From assembly GCA_030390025.1 (NCBI GenBank), contig CM059425.1:177942001-178006000 (forward strand): 64,000 nucleotides of DNA, read 5' to 3'. Source of the stretch: Squalus acanthias (lineage: Eukaryota). Both the position numbers and the translations under genes were made by a program. The notes under the pieces were generated by a model that worked only from the letters and a program-made list of their open reading frames with translations, did not search any database and was not told where the DNA came from. Below, in pieces: positions 26,490 to 40,726 of this stretch (within the stretch, counting starts at the first letter, position 1; every line of letters starts with the position of its first letter).

Positions 26490-27895
26490 GGGTGGGAGAG
26501 GGTCAGGGAGGGGGGGAGAGAGTCAGGGAGGGGGGGGGGGAGAGGGTCAGGAAGGGGGGGAGAGGGTCAGGGAGGGGGGGAGAGGGTCAGGGAGGGGGGA
26601 GAGGGTCAGGGAGGGCGGAGAGAGTCAGGGAGGGGGGAGAGGGTCAGGGAGGGGGGAGAGGGTCAGGGAGGGGGGGAGAGGGTCAGGGAGGGGGGGAGAG
26701 GGTCAGGGAGGGGGGGAGAGGGTCAGGGAGGGGGGAGAGGGTCAGGGAGGGGGGGAGAGGGTCAGGGAGGGCGGAGAGAGTCAGGGAGGGGGGGCGAGGG
26801 TCAGGGAGGGGGGGAGAGGGTCAGGGAGGGGGGGAGAAAGTCAGGGAGGGGGGAGAGGGTCAGGGAGGGGGGGAGAGGGTCAGGGAGGGGGGGAGAGGGT
26901 CAGGGAGGGGGGGAGAGGGTCAGGGGGGAGCGAGTCAGGGAGAGGGGGAGAGAGTCAGGGAGGGGGGAGAGAGGGTCAGGGAGGGGGGGAGAGGGTCAGG
27001 GAGGGGGGGGAGAGGGTCAGGGAGGGGGGGAGAGGGTCAGGGAGGGGGGGAGAGGGTCAGGGAGGGGGGGAGAGGGTCAGGGAGGGGGGGAGAGGGTCAG
27101 GGAGGGGGGGAGAGGGTCAGGGGACAGAGGGGGGGGAGAGGGTCAGGGAGGGGGGAGAGGGTCAGGGAGGGGCGGAGAGAGTCAAGGAGCGGGGGAGAGG
27201 GTCAGGGAGGGGGGGAGAAAGTCAGGGAGGGGCGGAGAGAGTCAGGGAGGGGGGAGAGGGTCAGGGAGGGGGGGGGGAAGTCAGGGAGGGGTGAAAGGGT
27301 CAGGGAGGGGGGAGAGGGTCAGGGAGGGGGGAGAGAGTCGGAGGGGGGAGAGAGGGTCAGGGAGGGGGGGAGAGGGTCAGGGAGGGGGGAGAGGGTCAGG
27401 GAGGGGGGAGAGGGTCAGGGAGGGGGGAGAGAGTCGGAGGGGGGAGAGAGGGTCAGGGAGGGGGGGAGAGGGTCAGGGAGGGGGGGAGAGGGTCAGGGAG
27501 GGGGGAGAGGGTCAGGGAGGGGGGCAGACAGTCAGGGAGAGGGTCAGGGAGGGGGGAGAGAGTCGGAGTGGGGAGAGAGTCGGAGGGGGGAGAGAGGGTC
27601 AGGGAGGGGGGGGAGAGGGTCAGGGAGGGGGGCAGAGAGTCAGGGAGAGGGTCAGGGAGGGGGGAGAGGGTCAGGGAGGGGGGAGAGAGTCGGAGGGGGG
27701 AGAGAGGGTCAGGGAGGGGGGGAGAGGGTCAGGGAGGGGGGAGAGGGTCAGGGAGGGGGGAGAGAGTCGGAGGGGGGAGAGAGTCAGGGAGGGGGGAGAG
27801 GGTCAGGGAGGGGGGAGAGGGTCAGGGAGGGGGGAGAGGGTCAGGGAGGGGGGGGAGAGGGTCATGGAGGATGGGAGAGGGCCAGGGAGGGGGGA
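26490..27895 (+). repeat. G-rich minisatellite (~20-bp unit gagggtcagggagggggga)
   Basis: Directly visible tandem array; lies inside a MITE-like element (~26463-28587, ends gggccttgata / tatcagtgccc). Confidence 0.95.
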
Positions 27896-28883
27896 AAGAG
27901 GAGTTAAAAATAAAAAATTGGGGAAAGTGTCCCCAACCTGCCGCTACCGCCATTTTTACAGTAGCAGGTTGCATAGCGTGTCTGTATCCCGTCTTGGAGA
28001 GGAGAGACACTTCATTATCATATTTAAATCAGGCTCCCACAGTGCAGTAGGGAGCTTGATTTAAATATAACATCTGCGGGCCGGGTTTTCCAGGGCTCGG
28101 AAAACCCGGCAGCGAATTGGAGATGAGAACTGCTGGCTCCAGGTTAGCGCTTTTCACATCACTCCATGTGGGCCAAGAGGAGCAGGAGAGCTGGTCCCGG
28201 CCCTCGAGGAAGCCTTTGGCCTCCCCTCTGCTGATCGCAGCCTCTCCCTACTGCCGTGATCGCTAAACTCCCCCCACCCCCAACTAAGCCTTGTTTTCGA
28301 GCCTCCGGCCGGGCTCTGACCCCCCCCCCCACCCCCCGCCTCGACCATGCTCCGGGGACTGTCCCCACCTGTCTCCAGCTGCAGCCTACTGCTGCTGCTT
28401 TTCCCTCCCGGCAGCCGGCCAGCCTGTCAATTTGGCCGGCTCCTGGGTGGGAAATGAAAGAAGAAAATGGTAATGAGGTCCTGCCCTTAATATCGGCAGG
28501 ACCTCCGCGTCCCCAGGCTTTACGGGTTTCCTCCCCACTATCACACTTCCCCGCACCCTCCCCGCCTCCCTGGGATTATCAGTGCCCAGGTATGCTGTCA
28601 GCACACAGTATACCACACGGTCGCACAATCACATAAAGTGGCTGATGGCTTGGGCACTCACATTCCTCTTTCCAACTGATTACCCTTTTATATCTTCTTG
28701 CAGGAGAAGACGGCAGATAACAAGAGATAGCACATGCAGACAGGAGGGGGAAACTAAGTTGCTATTCTTTAATTCTGAAGAGGAGATTCTGGGTGTGGAG
28801 AGAATAGAGGTATTTAGGAGGATGAGATTGTAGGCATCCTTAAACCTCAACCTTAGTATCATCCTTTCCTTTTCATTCATTTG

Positions 28884-29631
28884 TGCTGGATTTTGAATGA
28901 CCCATGGAGTCGGGTTTGGAGGCGTGTGGGGGGTTAAATTTGCGGGGTCGGGGTTTCCGACCCCATCCCGACTCCATCCCGCCTCCACGCAATTTTGACA
29001 TAATCAGTCGCGGGGTTCCCGACTCCGTCCCGCCTCCAAGAGGCGGGAGAGGCCATTAAAGCCCTTAACAAGCTCTAAATTGGCTGTGTGATGCCATTTT
29101 GAAACACTTTAGCTAGTTTAACCCTCTTCTGACGTGAAGCACGCCTGGTGTGAAACACTCCAGTGAAACCTGGCGGCAGCACAAGTGGATAGCTGACTAT
29201 CGGCTGCAGGTCCACTATTACAACGGAGATGTGATGAAGGTAGTAGTAGTATTAGGTCTGAATGTCGCCTCTGATGCTGCTGCATTGAATGTCTTCAGAG
29301 ACTGCCTGGGAGGACTTGCTTGGCAAAAAAAATTTCTCTCTCTCTCTCACTTCCCCCCCCCATTTTTGCATCCAGGTCCACTCACATCAAAAGCCACGCA
29401 GGTCCTCTCTCACCAACAGTCTCTGAGACTAGGCAGTCAGCAATGATGACATCATCAGAGGCGACTTTCAGACTGAAAACACTAATTAGTTCATGGGTTC
29501 CCACATGCTCCAAATCAATTGCCCAATTAAGTGAAAATTGCATCAGGCATCCACATTAATCTGGAGTCGGGGGGGGAAACACGAAATGCGGATTACACGA
29601 CCCCAACCCGACCCCAGGACAAAATCCAGCC
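28884..29631. mobile_element. Harbinger-type MITE
   Basis: Ends 'gtgctggattttg' and 'caaaatccagccc' are imperfect TIRs. Confidence 0.6.
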
Positions 29632-30730
29632 CAAGTCTCCTAATTCATTCACCCAATCCCAAATTCACTGCAGCATGCCTGTGTGTTACACTGCAATGTC
29701 TTTCAATGTAAAGCTCTGTTTCAAGGGGTGGCTTACTGCTAGCATTCTAAAATATGTTGCACCAGCCCCAGGTGAACACCTCACAGCAATTTGCATTGGC
29801 CACTGCTACAGTGGTAAGCATGAGCAAAAAAAAATAATTTTAGTGATGGGGTGGGGTGGGTGGTGGGGGGGTGCTTAGTCAATCAATCTCCCTCCGATTT
29901 CAGGAGGGAGAACTTGTTGAAAAACAGAGCATGAGTGAGGAAGAGAAAAGGCAGATTGAATTCCAGGTGACAACTTGCCAGCTGGAGGACCAGCTCAAGA
30001 GCTTGCCCAGGACCTGCTTACAAATGTAGTTTGTTGCTCAGCATCAGCACTCCATGCAGTCACTTGAGAGTGCCAAGCACCCTAAAATGTGGACGTCTTT
30101 GAAGGAGTCCACAACCCACCAGTTTGCAGCACTGCCTGACAATATGATTCAGCTGTAGACCATTATGTAGCATATGGCCACTTCAGGGACCTCCGTCGCA
30201 ATGAGCTTCTTAGCTGAGGGCAGACACTCAGGCATAACTACCATCATGAAGGCTATGACCTCAGCTCTTGAGTTCTTGGGCCCCAATTTACAGCAGTCTG
30301 TCTTTTCTGGATTCACAATATTGGCAAAAGCTGTAATGCACAGCTTCATTACTACAACTGATGCACATCAACCATCCATCTCACTTCCTCCTCCCACTTA
30401 GGAAACTTTTAGAATAGCACATGGTTAGGAGGAAAAAGACACACAAAATACACTTTCATGAAGGGGAAGCACTGGAGCAAGACACGCTTGCAGCACACAC
30501 TGTAAGGGTGAATAAAAGTTGTGACACCTGCTTACTGAGTGTGTCATCAGAGCACTTTAACTATGAAACACATTAAGTGGTTCTGGAGAAACAATGTGGC
30601 ATCTGTGAATCTTGAGGGATGGCTGGTGTTAATCGATGTCAGATTTGATTTGGCAAGGGTATCAGGCACATGTAGAGATGACTGTTGTGCATTGGAGGTT
30701 TCATGCATTTAAAAATACATGTTTTGTATA

Positions 30731-31240
30731 TTACAGCCTGCCTGATGACCCTTGCTGAGTGAGCGGCTGGTTGTGCAAACAACTGTGTGTCTCATGGTTG
30801 GCATTGTCTTCTGGCACTGGTTGCTGCTGCCTTGCATGTCCTACCTCCTCAATGGCTAGGTCCCTTTGTAGGGCAAAGTTGTCCAGGGCACAACAGGTGG
30901 CAGTAATCTTTGACAATTTGGCTGGACTGTACACACCCTGATCTGTGCAAGGCATCTGAATCATTGCTTTAGGATCCCAATAGTGCGCTTGACTGAGGCT
31001 CTGGTGGACGTGTGGTGGATTGCACCTCTCCTCAGATCTTGTCCTTGGATTTTGTAGTGACATCAGACATATCCTTTGTTCCCTCAGCAACCATCCTTGC
31101 ATTCTTTGTGGCTCTTCGAATAATGGTGGCACTGGTGGCCATGGGATGAAAGAATGATACAATGCAGATTTTGCTTTCTTTGGTCGCATACCAGCTGTAC
31201 ATTTATGAAGGGCTGGTATGTACTGTTCTTGAATAGAGTG
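30731..31240 (-). pseudogene. Old Harbinger transposase C-terminal remnant
   Basis: VPPLFEEPQRMQGWLL...YSPAKLSKITATCCALDNFALQR resembles GWLLGDKGY...YSPERV...CCMLHNMA of 48500-50460. Confidence 0.6.
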
Positions 31241-34200
31241 ACATTGGGGTAGAACCATAGAAATTAGCAGCCCATCATATCTGTGTCAACTCGTTGCTAG
31301 AATAATTCAAAACTAATCCCACTGTCTGCTTCTCTCCTCAAACCTCTGTCTCTTCCACTGCTTCAAATATTAATCCAATTTTACCCTAAAAGATGCAATG
31401 GTCTTTGCTTCAACCACTTACTGTGGTAAATTATTCCATGTTGCAATAACCATCTACCTAAAGAAATTCCTCCTAACCTCTCTCCTCCTTCTCTTAGTGA
31501 CCATTTTAAAATTGATAAAATCTCATTACTGACTACCCAACCAGAGAAAATAGTCTTTCCCTATTTATTCTAACAGAATCCTACTTCTGTCATAAGGTCA
31601 TGATTGGGGCTGTTCACTGACAAATCCACAGTGCTCAACTCCATTCACAACTTCATAGAATCATAGGCCGAGATTTTACGGGGTGTCAGCGGGTGCAATC
31701 GGTGGTGGGTCGGGTGGGAAAGTGTTTTTTTTCCCCAGCGGATCGGGGCCCCGCTGTGAACCCGCCACCACGCGCCTTTCCCAATGTCGGAGCTGTCAGC
31801 GCTGAGCAGACCCGACACGCAACGGCGGGGGACCCAACTCAGGTAAATATGACCTTGTTTAGAGATCATTAAGAATACATTTGAGCTCATCTTTTGTTTT
31901 ACATGCTCGCCCACAGGATCCACGCTGATCATGAACCACGTCTGTCAAGCTGAGGCGGGAGTTCAGTAGCCATTGAATCAGCTGTTGAGTTGACAGCTTC
32001 AAATGTACAGTAAAAGCTCCCACCTTATAGAGATATCTTCCCTCAGCCACAAACTCTTCCTCACTGCATTTCCACTACAAATTCAGGATGCAGCAAGTCT
32101 TTACACAAGTCTCCATCCAGTCTGAACTCATTACCTCTCTCACCATTGACAGATCGCTTCTGTCATCTCTACTTCACCTGCCATTTATTCCAGCAGCATC
32201 GGTGCCCTTGAAACTCTCTCACCTTGGTCCTCAGAATCCCACTATGATCAGCCCCAACACCAGCAGCACCAGGCACACCAGCAGCACCAACAACAACACC
32301 AACCTTCTCTGCAATCAACTGATGCCTACAGGACAGAGGGCACCAGCACCCAACCACATTCTGCAAGGGAGGCCAGGGATGGCCTCACCATGGCCAGATT
32401 TACTTAATTTGACGCTGTATACCACAGGGGCGCAAATTTTTTCGGGGCGTTAAAAGTAGCGCCCCGGTGAAGTTAGCGCCCCAAAGGGGGCGCGACTCAA
32501 TTTTTCCCCTATCTAAGTGCCTTTACACCTACCTCCTCAATCCAGTGACCCTGCCTAATCCACCCCCCGCGATCGGAGACTCCCCACGAGGCCTCCGAAC
32601 ACCTTCCTGGACTCCCCCCACGCCGCCCCCCCCACCCCCACCCATGATGCTCAGGCCCCGATGATTCCCCCTCCTCGATGATCCTCAGGCTGGCCCCGAT
32701 TCTCCCCCCCCACCTCCCGCCCCCCCCCCCCCCCCCCGATGCTCCGGCTCCAATCGTTGCTTCCCTTCCCCCCCACCCTGATCCTTCTGTGGCCCCCGAC
32801 CGGCCCCCACCCGATCCTTCCCTCACTCCTCTCTACGGCCTAGTGCCGCAGGCCTACCCGCCCGCCAGCCTCTCCATCTGGCTGGCTGCAGGTGGGAAAC
32901 AGAGCTTTGAAATGCAAATTAGGCCCTGCCGTTAAATTCAGCAGGGCCTACAGGAAACCCGTTCTCCCGGGTTTCCCGACTACTTCCTAGCCTCCCCAAT
33001 CCCAAGCTGCCTCCTGATTAAAATTCCAGCCATAAACTTAATTTTGTTACATTTAATCCCTTAACCAGATACTCCATTTTCTATTTAAAGGAGTTAATTT
33101 ACATATAATCTTGTTACTGGACACCTAGGAGCTTTTAATTGTTTTTTTCAGTGAAAAATGGAAGTATGCCTATTCCTTTGTAATTAATGAGCCACTAATG
33201 GAACTGCATGGCTTTGGAATGTGCAGTTTCTGAAAATGTAATCTTATTAGCAAGTCATTAAAAATGGAGAAAACACGGAAGCATGCTCCCATTTTTTGTT
33301 AAAGGAGGAATTTCACCCAAAGTGACATTCTTTCAAAATGTTTTCCGACTCCGACTCATTTAGCTGCATAGTTGCTGTTGGCTTCACAATAAGATTTACA
33401 TGTCCTTACACTGGAAGTTTGTTATGTACAATCGTTGGGAATTTCCTGGGGGTTCTTTGTTTGGCCGCTGTAATTTCGGCGAACGATCAGCGGATACCCC
33501 GTTTACCTGTCTATCCAGAGTTTCCGCTCAAGCTATGGTGGACAATCGGGAGAAACACTGAGGAAAATCGCTGGCAAATATCTCCTTACCACTACCAAAT
33601 GGTCTGATTCACTGTGATTACAGTGCTTATTTTTTAGTTTTATTGCACTCCTTTCTCGTACTCCCTATGTCTTGTTAGTAGCTTCAGGCTTAGAAGGGAC
33701 AGCGGTTTCCATAAATCAAACTAAAAGTATAACACTGTAAATGTTTTAATAAGCATATGTGCTAAACTAAGCAAGATGAAAAAGTCAAGTTTGCAAACTA
33801 TACAGCAGGACTTTCATTGCCTTTTAAAGATTAGAGAGCTCTGCTTTTACACTTACCAACATCAGACAAGTTAATCCCCAACAATATAGGCTTGCTTTGG
33901 CAGAATAGATGACTGCAGGGAAATGATTAAATATATTCAGTGCAGTTAATCAGCATGGCGAACGGTTGCACATGAACCCTGAAATATACAACTGTAAGTA
34001 ATTGATTATCCCTGAGGAAACCAATTGGCTTTGCAATAACTTTGATCTCTCACTTTGAAAGCAAACTGAATGTTGCAAGGAAAATTCAAACCAACTGCAG
34101 TAGCCTCCAGTTATCTAACTCACTTTTAAGCCCTCTCCTGAACATATGCTTCACAATTACCATTCTGCCTGTGTTATTACAGGTTTTAATTAACACCTTG

Positions 34201-34617
34201 AGCAGATTTGTAGCACTTTATTTAACAAAGCCCTGGCCTGACCTTTACAAAGTTTTGTGGTAAATTCAGAACACACCAGGGACCTTTGTTTCTTGCACTC
34301 CTTGGAAATCTCTAATGGGATTTGCTTAACAGGAAGTTTTGTTGGATGCCTAGATTATACAGGCTTCATACAATTTAAAATAAATATTTGTAAATGTTAA
34401 AAACTTGCTGTGTTTCTCAACAATAAAATCGGAGTGTGTGTTTGCCTGTGCAATGGTACCTTTAATTATTGCTCAGTTGTAAATGCACTGTGCAGATACA
34501 TGTCTATATAGATTCCTTAAGTGGATGTGGTATGTAGCAGATTTGTGTAGCTCTTTACACTTAAATATCACGTATTCAGTTGATTTTCTTTTTCTTTACG
34601 AGTTTATATTTTCTAAA

Positions 34618-36143
34618 TGCATTGCTGATCATCTTCCAACATTCGATGGAATCTGGAACTGTACCCATGGATTGGAGGGTAGCTAATGTTACCCCACTAT
34701 TCAAAAAGGGTGGTAGAGAGAAAGCGGGGAATTACAGACCGGTAAGCCTGACATCGGTAGTGGGGAAAATGCTAGAGTCCATTATAAAGGATGTAATAGC
34801 AGAGCACTTGAAAAACAGTGACAGGATCGGACAAAGTCAACATGGATTTACAAAAGGTAAATCATGCTTGACTAATCTACTGGAATTTTTTGAGGATGTA
34901 ACTGGGAAAATAGATAAGGGAGAACCAGTAGATGTGGTGTATTTGGACTTTCAAAAGGCTTTCAATAAGGTCCCGCATAAGAGATTAGCGTGTAAAGTTA
35001 AGGCACATGGGATTGGGGGCAAGGTATTGACTTGGATAGAGAACTGGTTGGCGGACAGAAAGCAGAGAGTAGGAATTAATGGGTCTTTTTCCGAGTGGCA
35101 GGCAGTGACTAGTAGGGTACCGCAGGGTTCGGTCCTTGGACCCCAGCTATTCACAATATACATTAATGATCTAGATAAGGGAACTAAATGTAATATCTCC
35201 AAGTTTGCAGATGACACAAAGCTGGGTGGGCATGTGTGCTGCGAGGAGGATACTGAGAAACTCCAGGATGATTTGGACAGGTTGGGTGAGTGGGCAGAAG
35301 CGTGGCAGATGCAATATAACGTGGATAAATGCGAGGTTATCCACTTTGGTGTCAAAAACAGAAAGGCAGACTATTATCTGAATGGCAATAGATTGGGAGA
35401 AGGGGAAGTGCAACGAGACCTGGGTGTCCTTGTGCACCAGTCGCTGAAGGTAAGCATGCAGGTGCAGCAGGCGGTGAAGAAGGCAAATGGTATGTTGGCC
35501 TTCATAGCGAAAGGGTTTGAGTATAGGAACAGGGATGTCCTGCTGCAGTTGTACAGGGCCTTGGTGAGACCACACCTTGAGTACTGTGTGCAGTTTTGGT
35601 CGCCTTATCTGAGGAAGGATGTTCTTGCCATGGAAGGAGTTCAGCGAAGATTCACAAGGCTGATACCTGGGATGGCAGGGATGACATATGAGGAGAGATT
35701 GGGTCGATTGGGCTTATACTCGCTGGAGTATAGAAGAATGAGAGGGGATCTCATCGAAACATATAAAATTCTGACAGGTCTCGACAAACTAGATGCAGGA
35801 AGAATGTTCCCGATGGTCGGAGAGTCCAGAACCAGGGGTCATAATCTAAGGATAAGGGGTAAGCCATTTAGGACAGAAATGAGGAAGAACTTCTGGACCC
35901 AGAGAGTGGTGAACCTGTGGAATTCTCTACCACAGAAGGTAGTTGAGGCCAAGTCATTAAATATATTCAAGAATGAGTTAGATATATTTCTTAAAGCTAA
36001 AGGTATCAAGGGATATGGGGAGAAGGCAGGTACAGGGTACTGAGTTTGGATGATCAGCCATGATCTCATCGAACGGCGGAGCAGGCTCGAGGGGCCGAAT
36101 GGCCTACTCTTGCTCCTATCTTCTATGTTTCTATGTTTCTATG
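34618..36143 (+). mobile_element. CR1 LINE, 5'-truncated, with uninterrupted RT reading frame
   Basis: ORF 34580-36043 carries all RT motifs without stops; (ttctatgt)n tail. Confidence 0.97.
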
Positions 36144-36949
36144 TTAAATATGTAAAATACGATGCCTTTTTTATTCACAAAATAGAAGTTGACCTAAAAC
36201 TGTTATTTATGTAATTATTTTATAATGCAAGCTTTGGCTGAAGAAAAAGACCAGCTGGTCCATTAAGCCTGTCCGGTCCCACAAGGTGCAACCTGCTGAC
36301 ACCATTAAACCCATCCCATCCATCTCCTCTTCCCCCTTTCCCCACAGCCTCAAAGTCTTGAGAGAAGCAAAAAGAGGGAAAAAAACGTAGGCCAGTTTAG
36401 GAAAATCTCTGGGAAGTTCTTCTCCAACCCCCGCAGGCAATGAAGAAAGCTGCGGGAGACCACGGTAACGTACCACAATTCCTCTTAACCCACCTTCCTT
36501 CTATAACAAGGACTCTTTTAAACTCTTGCTGACAAATTATTCTAGAGCTCCACGACTTTCTGCAAAAAGAGGAATTTCCTTTTGTAACTTGCACTGCTGC
36601 CACCCAGGTCCCTCCCTGCCTATTGAGCTCAAGTGACCTATCAACGTGGACAGAATCTAATCCTTTCATAAGTTTAAAGACCTCAATTATATTACCTCAA
36701 GTCAACAATTTTCCAAGTTAAAAAGTATCAACTCTCTAAGCCTGACCTGATAACTGATAGGGGAAGATTTCAACTTTGTGCAGTAATGTAAAACGGGTGA
36801 TAGCAAATCGGCAGCCCATTTTACATCTCTCCGAAAGTCAATGGAAATAAAAATTGGGAGACTTGTAAAATGGGCTGCCAACATGCCAATCACCCTTTTT
36901 ACACTATCGCACAAAGTCAAAATCTACCTCATGGTCCTTCCAACAGGTA

Positions 36950-39210
36950 GCATAGAATCATAGAATGAAAGAGCATAGAAGGAGGCCACTCAGACCATCG
37001 TGCCTGTGCTGGCTCTTTGAAAGAGCTATACAATTAGTCCCACTCCACTGCTCTTTCCCCATAACCCTGAAAATTCTTCCCCTTCAACTATTTATCCAAT
37101 TCACCTTTTGAAAGTTATTATTGAATCTGTTTCCACCACCCTTTCAGGCAGTGCATTCCAGATCATAACAATTTTCTGCGTAATTTTATTTTTCCTCATG
37201 TCGCCTTCTTTTACCAGTTACCTTAAATCTGTGCTTTCTGCTTACTGACCCCTCTGCCACTGGAAACAGTTTCTCCTTATTTACTTTATCAAAACCCTTC
37301 ATTATTTTGAACAACTCTATCACATCTCCCCTTAAGCATCTCTGCTCTCAGAAGAACAACCCGTTTCTCCAGTCTCTCCACATAACTGAAGTCTTTCATC
37401 CCTGGTACCATTCTAATAAATCTCCTCTGGTCCTTCTCTAAGGATTTAACATCCTTCCTAAAGTGTGGTGCCCACAATACTCCAGCTGGGGCCTAATCAT
37501 TGTTTTATAAAGATTTAGCATAACTTCCTTGCTTTTATACGCTATTCCTCTATTAATAAAGCCAAGAATCCCATATACTTTTTTAACAGCCTTCTCAACT
37601 TGTCCTGCCACCTTCAAGGATATGTGTACATACACCCCCTGCATCCCCTTTATAATTGTATCAACAAGAGAGCGTCTAACCACCTCCCCTTGACATTCAA
37701 CGGCATTACCATCGCCGAATCCCCATACCATCAACATCCTGGGGGTCACCATTGACCAGAAACTTAACTGGACCAGCCACATAAATACTGTGGCAACAAG
37801 AGCAGGTCAGAGGCTAGGTATTCTGCAGCGAGTGTCCCACCTCCTGACTCCCCAGAGCCTTTCCACCATCTACAAGGCACAAGTAAGGCGTGTGATGGAA
37901 TACTCTTCACTTGCCTGGATGAGTGCAGCTCCAACAACACTCAAGAAGCTCGACACGATCCAGGACAAAGCAACCCGCTTGATTGGCACCCCATCCACCA
38001 CCTTAAACATTCACTCCCTCCACCACTGGTGTATCGTGGCTGCAGTGTGTACCATCTACAAGATGCACTGCAGCAACTCGCCAAGGCTTCTTCGGCAGCA
38101 TCTCCCAAACCCGTGACCTCTTCCACCTAGAAGGACAAGGGCAGCAGGCACATGGGAACACCACCACCTCCAAGTCACACACCATCCTGACTTAGATGTA
38201 TATCGCCGATCCTTCATCGTCGCTGGGTCAAAATCCTGGAACTCCCTACCTAACAGCACTGTGGGAGTACCTTCACCACACGGACTGCAGCGGTTCAAGA
38301 AGGTGGCTCACCACCACCTTCTCAAGGGCAATTGGGGATGGGCAATAAATGCTGGCCTTGCCAGCGACGCCCACATCCCATAAACGAATTTAAAAAAAAT
38401 TCACATTGCCTCTCCTCATTTTTCCTACCAAAATGTATCACCTCACACTTTTCTGCATTAAATTTCATCTGTCATGTGTCTGCCCATTTCACCAGTCTGT
38501 CAATGTCCTCCTGAAGTTTGCAACTTTCCTCCTCACTGTTTACTACATCTCCGAGTTTTGTATCATCTGCAAACTTTGAAATGATGCCCTCTATACCCAA
38601 GTCCAGATCATTAATGTATATCAAAAAGCACAGTGATCTCAACACTGACCCCTGGGGGACATCACTGCACACTTCCCTCCAGTCTGAAAAACAACCATTC
38701 ACCATTACCCTCTGCTTCCTGTCCCTGAGCCAATTTCATATCCATGCAGGCACTGCCCCTTTAATTTCACAGGCTTCAATTTTGCTGTATTTTATCAAAC
38801 GTCTTTTGAAAGTATATATGCTCAACATCAATCGCACTACCCTCTTCAACCCTATCTGTTACTTCATCAAAAAATTCAATCAAGTTAGTCAAACACAATT
38901 TACCTTTAACAAATCTATGTTGGCTTTAATTTATTAGCTATTATTTTTCTGAGTACCAATTAATCTTGTCTCGAATTATTGTCTCTAAAAGTTTCCCCAC
39001 CACCGACATTAGGCTGACTGGCCTGTAGTTGTTGGGTTTAACGCTCTCCCCTTTTTTGAACAGGGGTGTAACATTTTCAATCCTCCAGTCCTCTGGCATC
39101 ATTCCCATATCTAAAGAGGATTGGAAGATTGTGGCCAGAATGTCTGCAATTTCCACCTTTACTTTCCTCAGCAACTTAGGATACATCCCATCTGGACTGG
39201 GTGACTTTTC
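36950..39210 (-). mobile_element. Older CR1 LINE, interrupted by a second-family LINE
   Basis: ORF pieces KSPSPDGMYPKLL, NYRPVSL, VPQGSVL, KFADDTKLG, RPQLEYC. Confidence 0.85.
37661..38399 (+). mobile_element. Second LINE family 3' fragment
   Basis: ORF 37790-38116 near-identical to 12722-13417; same 3' end 'gggcaataaatgctggccttgccagc...' plus A-run. Confidence 0.9.
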
Positions 39211-39804
39211 TATTTGAACGCTGCCAACCTTTTGAGTTGCCCTCCTCTGAATTTTTTCTAAGGCCTCGATATCCTCCACCATGTGAAGGGAACAAATCTA
39301 GAAACAGTATTTTAGATGAGGCTAGACCAAAGCCTTGCCTGAGGTAAGGATTGTTAATATTTAATTGTCCTAGATATGCATCCTAACACCCGATTCACTT
39401 TCACAACAGTCTCTTGTCACTGGTCATGAACCTTCAGTTACTCGTGAACTATAATCCCCAGGCCCCTTTCCCACACAACTGCCTTGAGTGGGCAACCCTT
39501 CAAGACGTTTACTTGCATAGAATTCCCCCTTCCCAAATACATTAGGCTGCACATATCCATATATTAAAAAAAAACACAGCTGCCAGACAGGGGCCCATTC
39601 CCCCATTGCCTCCAAATCTTCCCGAAACCTAATATTTTCATCTAAGGTCCTCACATCTGCAAACATCATCATATCATCCACAAACTTGCAGATGTAATAA
39701 AAATGTTAAAGAGCAATAATCGTAACACTGATTGCTGCAGGGACGCCACTGGTGACCAATCACTAATAACTAAAACTCATATCAAAATCCCTGCATGCAA
39801 TATT

Positions 39805-40620
39805 GACCCATCATTTGTTGTCAAAATAATGGCAAGGCTAATAGCGCTCACTGTTATTTATGTGCTCATTCTACAGAAACTTCAAGTGAGGGCAGATGCG
39901 TGATTAAATGCAGAACTCCAAAAGTTTCTGCCATGGTGAGCCACCCCTCCATTAGCTTCACAACAACAGCATCTTGCTGCTTGGCTCACCATTGAAATGC
40001 ATTAAGCGGCGTGAAGATGCTGTACTTGCATGGTAGAAATTAACTAAACGCACCACAGAAAGTTAGAGCTAGTCTGAAGTGATGCAAGGAGCTTGTTTTG
40101 GGACCATTTAAGGTCTGAGCATATTTAATTATGCCTGGATTAGCCATCAGAGACTCTTTTAACGAAGTGCTAATTGTTAATTACTGCAAAATGGCCTTCT
40201 CCGACACCGAAAATTAACTATCACAAGTGTGGAGTCTCATTCCTTCAGGTTTTAATTGTTGTTGGATAGTTTAAAAATGTGAAATTTTATTTTTCTAACT
40301 TTTCCTTTCAGTCTCTTTTTTCTCTCTTTCTTAATCCAGTCTTCTTTCCCTCTCTTTATTTCTCTTTCTGTACCTGATTTGACATTGAATTCACCCACTC
40401 TAATTTACACTTCCTTCTCAGTCCTTGTGCTGTTAATTTCACAATCTTTCAATTTGATTGGCTAAGCAGATACACAGTTGCTTGCTCTGTTTACTCAGGT
40501 CCCAGATGTCCGGTTTCCCTTGCTGCAGGTTTTTCGCTCACACTTCGGCATAAAATATTGTCACGATTAAACAGTTATGGCAGATGCTGTTAGATTCACT
40601 CCCACAGCAAATTATGGACC
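39805..40620. mobile_element. Harbinger-type MITE (family also at 42973-43330 and hosting the insertions at 10637 and 17649)
   Basis: Shared 5' sequence 'tttg(c/t)tgtcaaaata' and 3' end 'cagcaaatt/catgg(a/t)cc'; shared internal blocks between copies. Confidence 0.65.
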
Positions 40621-40726
40621 AGTGACGCAAACAGCACTAAAAACTATTTCAGAGTAGCTGAGATTAGTCAAGAAGAGTTTAAACTATTTAGTTTTAGGTT
40701 TTGTTTATTTTAAAATTAAACATTAA

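Noticed and set aside
26416..28064. Long Gly/Glu/Arg-rich ORFs (up to 471 aa)
   Set aside because: Artefacts of a stop-free G-rich minisatellite, open in several frames.
34580..36043. Autonomous active LINE
   Set aside because: 5'-truncated, lacking endonuclease, ORF1 and promoter; the ORF start lies in flanking DNA.
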